IMG/VR virus record: IMGVR_UViG_3300033144_008177
Location: 1-51,830 of that record
Origin: a virus
Reading direction: 5' to 3' (one strand)
Length of the DNA stretch: 51,830 nt
Each line of letters begins with the position of its first letter. The stretch's first letter is position 1. A program made the position numbers and the translations under genes. Positions 35,680 to 44,310 of this stretch are shown here, one piece after another. The notes below the pieces were generated by a model. That model saw only the letters and a list, made by a program, of their open reading frames with translations. It made no database searches and was not told where the DNA came from.

Positions 35680-36048
35680 CTAGAATTTTACAAATGTGCT
35701 ATCATCCTCTTCTACAATAGAAATTTTATCACCTATCCATATTTTATTTTTGTCAAAAAAATTATAATTAGCTTCGATAGCCTTATCGCAATCATGATCA
35801 CTACATACTACAGCCTCATCCCCTGGACTTATATATTCTATTTTCTCAATTATATTATCTTTAGAAACAAAAGCTATTGACAATGGTATGTAAGTATTAA
35901 CTCCCCAAAACTTTAAATTTTGAGGATGTTTGAACCTAAATAACATACCATCATCTTCACCCAACTTCTCCCTGAACATCAAACCTTGTTGATGCTTAGA
36001 GGGAGTATCTGCTATTTCAACTTTTAAATTTCTTTTAAACATTTTCAT
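35680..36048 (-). CDS. DUF192 family protein
   Basis: VEIADTP..HQQGLMFR..L..DDGMLF, FWGVNTYIPLSIAF and AIEAN motifs. Confidence 0.85.
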   Translation of the reverse strand: MKMFKRNLKVEIADTPSKHQQGLMFREKLGEDDGMLFRFKHPQNLKFWGVNTYIPLSIAFVSKDNIIEKIEYISPGDEAVVCSDHDCDKAIEANYNFFDKNKIWIGDKISIVEEDDSTFVKF

Positions 36049-36397
36049 CTTTCATATATGGTTTTTGAAAGAACTGATCATCAAGTTCTTGTTGATCTTG
36101 TATCTGATTTAACCAAGCAGGTATTTTTTCTAAAGACTCATAATACCCATCTCCAAATGTTCCTATATGAGATTTTTGCAAATCAGTTATATATTCTATT
36201 TCACTATTGGCGTTTAAAATCATTTCATAATCTATTTTTTCATTTCTATGTGACATATCACCAACTTTATCTAATGCTGGGAATTGTTGATCAAAAGCTC
36301 TTTTAGCAGCCATAGATATTCCAAGAATTGCTGTATCTATTGACTGTTGATTAATTCCTGCTATCTTTACATACTTTGATGTTTTAATAATTTTCAT
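36035..36397 (-). CDS. Hypothetical protein
   Basis: N-terminus MKIIKTSKYVKIA is shared with neighbouring ORFs. Confidence 0.6.
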   Translation of the reverse strand: MKIIKTSKYVKIAGINQQSIDTAILGISMAAKRAFDQQFPALDKVGDMSHRNEKIDYEMILNANSEIEYITDLQKSHIGTFGDGYYESLEKIPAWLNQIQDQQELDDQFFQKPYMKDENV

Positions 36398-36399
36398 TT

Positions 36400-36801
36400 T
36401 TATACTCTCACCTTAAAACTATTTCTCTCACATTCATATATAAACTCTTCTACCTCATTATCTGGCACATCAAATTCTATTCCCATTATACCTTTAGAGA
36501 TTATAACAGAATCACTATTTCTATAATTTTGAAAATCATCAAACCACTTTAAAACATTTTTCTCATTAGAGCTTTGTTTTGACACTGTTATTTCCAAATC
36601 GGCAACTTGTGGCATCATTCTATATGAATTTTCATAACCTAATTTTTCTAACTCTTTATCTTTTTGATATTTAAATTCTAATTTACCACCTTTATAAGTA
36701 TTCATTTTTTTTAGAACAGTATCATACCATTGTAAAGTTTTTTCTACTTTCTCTTTAGCACTTTTATTTTTTGTCGAAAAAGAAATTGTTATGTTCATCA
36801 T
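36400..36801 (-). CDS. Hypothetical protein
   Basis: 133-aa ORF with AAGGA RBS. Confidence 0.6.
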   Translation of the reverse strand: MMNITISFSTKNKSAKEKVEKTLQWYDTVLKKMNTYKGGKLEFKYQKDKELEKLGYENSYRMMPQVADLEITVSKQSSNEKNVLKWFDDFQNYRNSDSVIISKGIMGIEFDVPDNEVEEFIYECERNSFKVRV

Positions 36802-36807
36802 TATTCC

Positions 36808-37203
36808 TTATTTAGTCATTTTTTTAGAAGCAGTTTTAACACCTTTTGTATTATCCAAAGCCTGATTATAATCTATAATAAGATCATTATTTTCAAATGA
36901 AGATCTCTCATCTCCCAAAATCATTATCTTAATAACCTTTTGTCCTTTTTCAGTTATTTCTATATTCTCACCTATTGCTCTTATCAATCCAGCAGATTTC
37001 ATTTTTTGAATATCATCATGAGCTAATGATACTGGTCTCTTAAAAGTTGAATTATTAGAACCAGACTTACCCGTTCTCCACACAGAAAATAAAGAATTAG
37101 CAATAGATGGCTCAACATAGTCTTTGCCTTTAATAATATTAACTCTTAACTGTGGCATAATTTCCAACAGTCTCTCATAAATTGATTGTGCATTTTTTCT
37201 CAT
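36808..37203 (-). CDS. Hypothetical protein, possible winged helix
   Basis: DIQKMKSAGLIRAIGENIEITEKG resembles a wHTH wing. Confidence 0.5.
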   Translation of the reverse strand: MRKNAQSIYERLLEIMPQLRVNIIKGKDYVEPSIANSLFSVWRTGKSGSNNSTFKRPVSLAHDDIQKMKSAGLIRAIGENIEITEKGQKVIKIMILGDERSSFENNDLIIDYNQALDNTKGVKTASKKMTK

Positions 37204-37205
37204 TG

Positions 37206-37640
37206 TTACCCTTTCTTATTAGATGCAGATGCAATTCTGTTTCTACCCATAAGATGTTGTTTACCATCTTCTTGTCTTAAATATTCACTATGAGATCCAG
37301 GTATCGGAGAATTGTGTTTGAAGAAGCCCATAAGACCTTGAGGATCATCTCTTAAAGCCTCTGCTTGAGAGATATGCTGTTCTGCAACACCAGGATCAGC
37401 TGGTCCTTTCCTTAAATCATTCTTAAATTCTTCAAGAATTTGATTTATTCTTTCTGATTCAAACTCGCTAAACTCATCTAAATTCATACCAACCATAGCT
37501 TTGACAAATGCATAATTAACTGCACCTTGTATATCAGTGCCAGCTATCTCTGCTTCTGGACCTTCTAATTTTTCAGGATTATGATATCTTGGTCCAAACT
37601 GTGACAATTTTTTAAATTTTTCTGTTTCAATTATTTTCAT
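37206..37640 (-). CDS. Hypothetical protein
   Basis: Probable start ATG 37640 (MKIIETEKFKKLSQ) with GAGGGG RBS. Confidence 0.6.
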   Translation of the reverse strand: MKIIETEKFKKLSQFGPRYHNPEKLEGPEAEIAGTDIQGAVNYAFVKAMVGMNLDEFSEFESERINQILEEFKNDLRKGPADPGVAEQHISQAEALRDDPQGLMGFFKHNSPIPGSHSEYLRQEDGKQHLMGRNRIASASNKKG

Positions 37641-37743
37641 ATTCAAAAGCCCCTCTAATATCGTTTTCCATATTTTCCATTAACATTCTTCTTCCTTCTT
37701 CTACTGTTTGACTAACAGATATTACCATTTCCATTTCACTCAT
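37627..37743 (-). CDS. 38-aa small protein (not in ORF track)
   Basis: GAGG RBS; MSEMEMVISVSQTVEEGRRMLMENMENDIRGAFEYENN fills the gap and overlaps the next gene. Confidence 0.45.
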   Translation of the reverse strand: MSEMEMVISVSQTVEEGRRMLMENMENDIRGAFEYENN

Positions 37744-37746
37744 AAT

Positions 37747-37989
37747 TTACCTCGTCATTATATTATAAACTTTCTCTGCCCACTCTCTATCCATATCTTT
37801 TTGTTCTTCTGTCAAATCCTTATAAGGTTTAAAACTTTCCTCTTTCCATCTTTTAACTCTTTCTTCTGTTATGTTTTCTGTTTTTAAAATATCTTTCGCC
37901 CACTTCATCCACTGCTCATGCTCTAGCTCCGCTAATTTTTCGATTATCTTATTTTTCTTTTTTCTATTTTCTGATAAAATTATTTTCAT
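37747..37989 (-). CDS. RyR-repeat-like small protein
   Basis: LAELEHEQW...W...PYKDLTEEQKDMDREWA matches the RyR domain pattern. Confidence 0.6.
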   Translation of the reverse strand: MKIILSENRKKKNKIIEKLAELEHEQWMKWAKDILKTENITEERVKRWKEESFKPYKDLTEEQKDMDREWAEKVYNIMTR

Positions 37990-37997
37990 TTTATTCT

Positions 37998-38558
37998 CTA
38001 TTCAAATACTTTTAATAATTTATCAATCAATTTATCTTGCTCTTCAGAAAAACTCCATCTAACATCTTTCACATCATTATACCATTCTCTGGAGGTATTT
38101 GTTTTTAATTCTTCTGACATTGCTTGCCAATCTGCTACCATTTCTGCAACGCTTATATCATCCATCTCATCCGCATCAATGCATTCTATTGATTTGTCTC
38201 TATTAGTGTTGTCTATATTCGCTTTTTCTTTATTGTGATACTCAGGATGATGCTTATTATTTTTTATATGGTGAAGAGTCGCCTCCTCAATATCCTTACC
38301 ACCATCTTCACCCTGATCCTGCTTTTTCAACCAAGTCAATTCAATATATGGAGTCATTTCTGGCTCTTCAAATTTACTAGCATCATGGTTCTTAACTTGT
38401 TCTAAAAGATCACTATATTCACTATGTTTATCTACTATCTTTTTAGCAGCATTTTGGACTCTCTCAATATGTTCATTAGTTCTTTTATGAAAGAAATCTT
38501 CCTTCTCTTTTTGAGTCTCAGCAATCTTAATGTATTTTTTTGTTTCTATAATCTTCAT
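37998..38558 (-). CDS. HD-superfamily-like protein (DUF5662-like)
   Basis: HIERV, HDASK, HHIKNNKHHPEYH and EMVADW motifs. Confidence 0.65.
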   Translation of the reverse strand: MKIIETKKYIKIAETQKEKEDFFHKRTNEHIERVQNAAKKIVDKHSEYSDLLEQVKNHDASKFEEPEMTPYIELTWLKKQDQGEDGGKDIEEATLHHIKNNKHHPEYHNKEKANIDNTNRDKSIECIDADEMDDISVAEMVADWQAMSEELKTNTSREWYNDVKDVRWSFSEEQDKLIDKLLKVFE

Positions 38559-38788
38559 TTATAAATTTCTTTATTATTCAAACACTCTTCCGATAGTTGC
38601 CATCCTTCTATCTCTCTCTCTAAATGATGGAGATGTCCATGACAATTTCTATTTTCTTTTCGCATATCTTATTGACTCTAATTCTTTATACACCTTATTA
38701 ATTGAGCATTCTCCTGTTCTTACTTTTATCCATATTTTTTGTCATTTTTATTTTATTTTGCTCTATTTAGAGCCATTTTTTAAGACTT

Positions 38789-39556
38789 TTACCTATTCAA
38801 TAAATCTCTGTGTGGATATGGATCTTCATATTTTCTATCTTTCCAAGCAAATGGTTCATTCCTTAGCTCTCTCCAATAATGTCCCTCTCCAACTCCAGGA
38901 GCATTATAATTCTCTAATCCTTTCCTATATCTTCTCTGTCTTCTCTTAGCTTTTTCTCTTCTCTGCACCTCTTGCCCAAAAGGGAAAATTCTTTCTTTCA
39001 TAGGGAGGTCGAGATTAGACCATGGACCTGCTATCCCTCTCGCAACTTTTATATCATATTTGGAAATATTCTTTTTTCCAATAGCTGCGAAAGATAATAA
39101 ATTAGAAATGTACATCAACCTACTTATATATCTATGTATCCAATCTACAGATATTTTATAGTCTGGTAATGTATAAATTTGTTCTTTAGTGAATGATTTT
39201 ATATCTTGATTTAATGCATTATCTATTGCTTCTTGATATTCAGATTTATCGAATTCTTCAAAACATAATAAAAACTTTGAAAAATCTTTTAGTGAAAAAA
39301 TAAATAAATCAACCATTCTATCATCTATTGGTCTTCTGCTGCATTCTTCAATTTGTAAAGTTTCTACAACGTCTTTCAACAATGATAATAAAACTATTTT
39401 TTGTTTCTTAATAGATTGATTGAGTTCTCTTATTGTTCTTATAATACCTTGTTTTTTGGATTGTCCAGTATCGTTATATATTTCACATTTTCTATCATTA
39501 ATTAAACGGACACCGTAATAGCTAAGTTCTTTCTTTAATAATAACCATGTATCCAT
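38789..39556 (-). CDS. Hypothetical protein
   Basis: Probable start ATG 39556 (MDTWLLL), just after the upstream stop. Confidence 0.55.
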   Translation of the reverse strand: MDTWLLLKKELSYYGVRLINDRKCEIYNDTGQSKKQGIIRTIRELNQSIKKQKIVLLSLLKDVVETLQIEECSRRPIDDRMVDLFIFSLKDFSKFLLCFEEFDKSEYQEAIDNALNQDIKSFTKEQIYTLPDYKISVDWIHRYISRLMYISNLLSFAAIGKKNISKYDIKVARGIAGPWSNLDLPMKERIFPFGQEVQRREKAKRRQRRYRKGLENYNAPGVGEGHYWRELRNEPFAWKDRKYEDPYPHRDLLNR

Positions 39557-39572
39557 ATAATTTTCTCGTTTC

Positions 39573-40523
39573 TTATAAATCCTCCCAGTCCCAATCATCT
39601 GATATTTCTCTCTTCTGTTTTCTTTCTTGTTTTTGCTCTTCATCGGCAAAAGAAATATCATCTGGAGTATGCTCATCAATCAAGCTCTCCAATACATCAG
39701 ATGGTTTTTCTCCTAGCGGATTTCCCCGACTATCTAGAGGAAAAACCACATCTGAAGGCTCTTTAATTTCTCCGACTGGTTTTATTTCTTTTACTTTCTT
39801 ACTTTTTGATGATTTCCCTTTTTTTTTTGCTGATTTCTTAGCTGAAGCTTTTTTCTTAGTAAATTTCTTTTTGGCAGCTTTTTTCTTAGCAACTTTTTTC
39901 TTTGTCACTTTCTTCTTAATAGATTTTTTCTTATCATCAACCATATCAACATCTTCAGCTTCCTCAGTCTCTACTTCCACAATATCAGAAACCTTATTAA
40001 CTAACACAGCATCTTCAGTTTCCCCTTTTTGAAAGTCCCAAACTTTAGCAACTGGTTTCTGCTCTTCGATATGATCTTCAATTGGTTCTACATATTCAAC
40101 AGCTTCTTTTTTCTTAGATTCCTTTTTTTTTGTTTTTGCTTTTTTCTCTGGTTTATTACCTAAAACAGCAGATTCAGTAATAATACTAATAAGTCCATCA
40201 CTTTCAGCTCCTTGAATTATACCAGATTCTGCTTTATCTCTACTTACGATAGCAGACTTTCCTGGCTTAATAACAATATCATCAAGCACTAAACTTCTAT
40301 CCGTTCTATTGATAATCACAACTTCACTATGAATATCTTCCATCTCATCATATTCACCTTCTATGAATGGAACTAAAATACCCCTTTTAACAGCTGCCTT
40401 AATATCTGAAGAATATAAATCATTCCCAGTAATTGATATCTGCATCTTTGCCCACAACGCCTTCTGCAACGAACTTAATACAAAACTCCCTTTAAAATCA
40501 TCCGGAACTTTAAAAATCATCAT
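39573..40523 (-). CDS. Protein with a histone-H1-like Lys/Ala tract
   Basis: KKKSIKKKVTKKKVAKKKAAKKKFTKKKASAKKSAKKKGKSSKSKK flanked by acidic segments. AAGGAG RBS. Confidence 0.65.
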   Translation of the reverse strand: MMIFKVPDDFKGSFVLSSLQKALWAKMQISITGNDLYSSDIKAAVKRGILVPFIEGEYDEMEDIHSEVVIINRTDRSLVLDDIVIKPGKSAIVSRDKAESGIIQGAESDGLISIITESAVLGNKPEKKAKTKKKESKKKEAVEYVEPIEDHIEEQKPVAKVWDFQKGETEDAVLVNKVSDIVEVETEEAEDVDMVDDKKKSIKKKVTKKKVAKKKAAKKKFTKKKASAKKSAKKKGKSSKSKKVKEIKPVGEIKEPSDVVFPLDSRGNPLGEKPSDVLESLIDEHTPDDISFADEEQKQERKQKREISDDWDWEDL

Positions 40524-40593
40524 GTTCTCCTTTAAAAAATTAATTATCTACATTTCTATCGACATTTTGTGTAATTATCTATAAATTGGAAGG

Positions 40594-41022
40594 TTATATT
40601 CTATTGATTGGTCTAAATAAAGCCTCTTCCCTGAGCTTCTTATAAATATTTCTTCTAGTAGGTGATACCCCTCTGTCTAACATTTTTGAAATTCCACCCA
40701 TTGGCTTTTTATCTTCTTCTGGAACAAATTGTTCCTTATTAACACCTTCTCCAGTTGGAGGATCTTGATCCATCAATATTGGTTCGCTAGGAATTTGTCT
40801 AATCTGTTGTTTATCTTCATCAGGTTCTAATCGACTAGTACCTCTGTGATGATCTATTCCTCTTATATTAGTTCCTAAAAATGGATTAGCAGTTACTTTG
40901 CCATTAAATTCTTCTTTATGATTTGTGCTAGGTGGCTTATGACCTTTGTCATATTTGTCCATGACAGGTTCCATTCCACCTGGAGTATATGCTATTTTAG
41001 TATTTTTTTTATACCAATTCAT
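40594..41022 (-). CDS. Hypothetical protein
   Basis: Probable start ATG 41022 (MNWYKKNTKIA). Confidence 0.55.
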   Translation of the reverse strand: MNWYKKNTKIAYTPGGMEPVMDKYDKGHKPPSTNHKEEFNGKVTANPFLGTNIRGIDHHRGTSRLEPDEDKQQIRQIPSEPILMDQDPPTGEGVNKEQFVPEEDKKPMGGISKMLDRGVSPTRRNIYKKLREEALFRPINRI

Positions 41023-41029
41023 AATCCGC

Positions 41030-41248
41030 CTAGACTTGCTCAATGCCTTCAACAGTAATATTAGCATTTATACCTGGGGTATCGATTTCTGATGGACCAG
41101 ACATCCTTTTCAATCTTTCTTTCAATACATTCCATCCTTCTTCTTGTCCTGTACCCTCTGGAACCCAAACGGCGACACTAATATTGTAAAAAAATCTATC
41201 ATGCGTTCTGTACATGCTTTGTGCTTTTTTATACCAATTATTCATCAA
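41030..41248 (-). CDS. Hypothetical protein
   Basis: AAGGAG RBS; MNNWYKKAQ N-terminus. Confidence 0.55.
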   Translation of the reverse strand: MMNNWYKKAQSMYRTHDRFFYNISVAVWVPEGTGQEEGWNVLKERLKRMSGPSEIDTPGINANITVEGIEQV

Positions 41249-41260
41249 TCTTTCTCCTTA

Positions 41261-41902
41261 TTATCTTTTAACTGGCTCAATCATCTTAGATGCCATAAAT
41301 CTTGCTTTTCCACTCTCTATATCTATGATCTGTTGCTTTTCCTCATCTTTCAAATCTCTATCTTGAGAATGAGCTGTAGCATAAATGTGATAAATCATGG
41401 CATCAGCATCTTTTAATACTGCCTCTATTTCTGCTGCATCTTTGTTAGGTAATTGAGTATCGCTATCTGGAATATTTTTAGTTACTTTTGTTTTTTCACC
41501 TTCTAAATTAACTCCAACATATTTATCCCAAAATGCAGTATCTGATTTTGCACCCTTCTCTGCTGCTTTAAAATCTGCTTCTTTTTTATCAACATATTTT
41601 TTAGTTTCTTCATTAATATCCATCATAGAATCTTTTTGTGTTCCAAACGCAACCTCTTTATCATCCATTTTAGCTTCTATAATCTGCCTCTCAATCTTGT
41701 TCTTCCTTGCAGCATCTAATTGAACATTAAATGGAACAGTATTATCTTTGTTTTTTATCGGAAGACTTAGATTGATATTCTTCTCTGTTGTTCCTAGTTT
41801 TTCATTAGAGATATCCATTTCATTTCTATTTTTTTTAATAGTCTTATCCGTAATACTCTCTGTGTCCGATGCCTTCTTTTTCAAATTATATTTTTTTGTC
41901 AT
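41261..41902 (-). CDS. Hypothetical protein
   Basis: Probable start ATG 41902 (MTKKYNLKKKAS) with GAGGGG RBS. Confidence 0.6.
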   Translation of the reverse strand: MTKKYNLKKKASDTESITDKTIKKNRNEMDISNEKLGTTEKNINLSLPIKNKDNTVPFNVQLDAARKNKIERQIIEAKMDDKEVAFGTQKDSMMDINEETKKYVDKKEADFKAAEKGAKSDTAFWDKYVGVNLEGEKTKVTKNIPDSDTQLPNKDAAEIEAVLKDADAMIYHIYATAHSQDRDLKDEEKQQIIDIESGKARFMASKMIEPVKR

Positions 41903-41940
41903 TATGAGACCCCTCAATATTATATCAGTATAATATTATT

Positions 41941-41967
41941 ATATTATTTTTTATCTGCAAAAAACCT
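41941..41967 (-). promoter_or_regulatory. Late-type promoter AGGTTT-N15-TAATAT
   Basis: Variant of the recurrent motif in the gap after the terminase gene. Confidence 0.45.
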
Positions 41968-41975
41968 TTTATTTT

Positions 41976-43889
41976 TTATCTACGACCATACCACAACATA
42001 TTCTCTCTTCTCTCAATATCTCTAGCCACCTTAGTACCGTTTCCAATTCCTACGATATTATTCCCTCTTTTCCATACTTGACCACCTCCTCCAGGATTCC
42101 CACATTCTACCACCATAACATTAGGCAATCTACTCACCTGTTTTTCAATAGCAATATATGCTGCGCCAGCTACACAATCTACTATATCATCACTCTTAAC
42201 TCCATCTCCATCAGTTTTTGGCATAATTTTAAAACCATTAGCAGTAAATTTTCTTTGAAGCTCAAGCATTTCACTTCTAAGTAATGTTGTGCCATCAGAG
42301 TCTACCAATGGGATTTTAATTCTTCCACTAATAACTAAACTCTCAAGCTCTCTATAAATTTTTATTTTATATACTCCAGTAAATTTAGTTTCTTTATTAG
42401 GTATACCTGCTTTTCTCATTAATCTAATACTCTCTTGAGAAGCCCAGCTATCATACGTTAAGAGACCAATGCGAAATCTTCGTTTCAAACTAATAATATA
42501 AGCTGTAACTTCTTCTGGATTTATAGGACCTTTAGCTGGAGACCAATGCTTTATATGATCTACTACTATTGCGAATTGTGCTTTTTTTGTTGTAGGATCC
42601 ATAAAATATTCTTTATGCAAAACAACTAATGCATAATTATGACTAGAAGATGCTGGGTCTATATGAATAAAATATACATTTCCCGCCGAACCTATTTCTG
42701 TATCTCTGAAATTATGCCCATTAAAACAGCTATTAACTAAATCTTCTGTGAAAAAACTTTCCAAACCCATACCGCTAAATTCTGCACCAAATTCCATATT
42801 GAAATCAGTTTCGCCTAAAGGACTTTCTTTTCTTAATGCTTCTCTAGTATGCTGAGTGTTAACGTCCCAAGTGGGAAGTCTCATAGCTAATCTTTGAGAT
42901 ACTTGATGAGCATCTCTAAACATCTCATAAAATATTCCCTCTTGTGCTCTAGGAGATGAAATGCTTATTATTTTTCCATCATAAACTCTACTTTGAACTA
43001 TTTTTTGACCATGTTCATCATAAACAAAATTATTATCTCCATCTTTAAGATATGTTTTTCTGTTGTAAGTTGAAACAGTAGGAGTCAAAGCTGTGTAAAT
43101 TCTATCTCCAGATGAAGATCCTCCAGATGTTTTATAAGAAGCAACCTCATCAAGTATTAGAACAATACAACCCATTCCCAAAAGAGAGTCTGAGTTACTG
43201 TGACCAACAACTATTCCGATAGATCCTTTTTTCTGCGGCAAACCTTTTTCTCTAAATTCTTTATTATATTTTTTATCTTGCGGAGTTAATAAATAAATGG
43301 AACTAGATGTCATTCCATCTTTTGTGAATTTATCTCTAAAATACTCCGAATATAATAATTTTTCTTTTATCTCATCAAAAGCGATTTTTGCCTGTGGTTT
43401 AGCATTAGCTACTGTTAATATATTTATTGGAGTAGCAGAAGACAATTCATACATAGCATAAGGATCTCCACCAGGACATTCTAAAAGCTTCATAGCTTCA
43501 TAAAGAGCTATAATAGAAACTATAAAATCTTTTCCTGATCTTCTTCCCCACACAAGAACTAATTCTCTGAACAATTCTCCACTATTATATTTTCCGACAA
43601 CATCTCCTCTGTTATCATCACTTAATCCAAGATCTTCACACATTTTTATTTCTTCTTCTGTTAGGGTTAAATCTTCATTCCCCAAAGAGCCTCTATAAAA
43701 AGTTTTTAACATAATTCTTTGCATATTGAATAATGTAATAGGATTTGTTGGATGTGTTGGCAATCCAAGCCATTCCTTATCATTAACAAAAGTCATAATA
43801 TCTGGTATTATTTTTTCTGATGTTCCAATACTTATATCATCAGTGAAATCATCTATTAGATCTCCTACATTTAATTTCTTTTTTGCCAT
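41976..43889 (-). CDS. terL: Terminase large subunit
   Basis: Walker A VWGRRSGKD, Walker B LILDEVA, motif III ISSPR, and RNase H-like HIDPA and SDDIVDCVAGA. Confidence 0.92.
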   Translation of the reverse strand: MAKKKLNVGDLIDDFTDDISIGTSEKIIPDIMTFVNDKEWLGLPTHPTNPITLFNMQRIMLKTFYRGSLGNEDLTLTEEEIKMCEDLGLSDDNRGDVVGKYNSGELFRELVLVWGRRSGKDFIVSIIALYEAMKLLECPGGDPYAMYELSSATPINILTVANAKPQAKIAFDEIKEKLLYSEYFRDKFTKDGMTSSSIYLLTPQDKKYNKEFREKGLPQKKGSIGIVVGHSNSDSLLGMGCIVLILDEVASYKTSGGSSSGDRIYTALTPTVSTYNRKTYLKDGDNNFVYDEHGQKIVQSRVYDGKIISISSPRAQEGIFYEMFRDAHQVSQRLAMRLPTWDVNTQHTREALRKESPLGETDFNMEFGAEFSGMGLESFFTEDLVNSCFNGHNFRDTEIGSAGNVYFIHIDPASSSHNYALVVLHKEYFMDPTTKKAQFAIVVDHIKHWSPAKGPINPEEVTAYIISLKRRFRIGLLTYDSWASQESIRLMRKAGIPNKETKFTGVYKIKIYRELESLVISGRIKIPLVDSDGTTLLRSEMLELQRKFTANGFKIMPKTDGDGVKSDDIVDCVAGAAYIAIEKQVSRLPNVMVVECGNPGGGGQVWKRGNNIVGIGNGTKVARDIERRENMLWYGRR

Positions 43890-43916
43890 CTTTTCCTCAA
43901 AATTTAATATAATTTA

Positions 43917-44288
43917 TTATTCAATATTTCCCGCATCTATTGAATAACCAGCAGCTTCAGAAATATCAGCAAATGTTTGCGGAACTTGAATACCATTATC
44001 TTCTAGGTAACTATCGACAGATCCATATTCTTCTGTTACATGTTCTTGCAGATCAGCAACAAACAGAAGAATATCACTACTATCATTATGTTTTTGATCT
44101 GCATCTTTATATGTGTCATCTATTCCTTCAAACAACCATTTTTTGTCTATATCTGCACTAATAACTTCTGAATTTTCCAAGTCTCTTCTCATCTTGCATA
44201 AGGCAAGAGAAATATCTACTCCTCTATCTTGAGCAGACGCAATTAAATCAGCAACGCTTTCATAGAAGATTGTAAACTCTATTTTCAT
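43917..44288 (-). CDS. Hypothetical protein, paralog of the C-terminal domain of the upstream ORF
   Basis: FYESVADLIASAQDRG..RDLENSEVIS..VPQTFA is nearly identical to the neighbour. Confidence 0.7.
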   Translation of the reverse strand: MKIEFTIFYESVADLIASAQDRGVDISLALCKMRRDLENSEVISADIDKKWLFEGIDDTYKDADQKHNDSSDILLFVADLQEHVTEEYGSVDSYLEDNGIQVPQTFADISEAAGYSIDAGNIE

Positions 44289-44310
44289 ATTTTTCCTTTT
44301 TCAAATTTTA

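Noticed and set aside
38650-38745. Possible ~33-codon ORF (MTK..IWIKVRTGECSINKVYKEL) broken by one extra A
   Set aside because: Too short, with no clear RBS. It may be a relic but cannot be supported.
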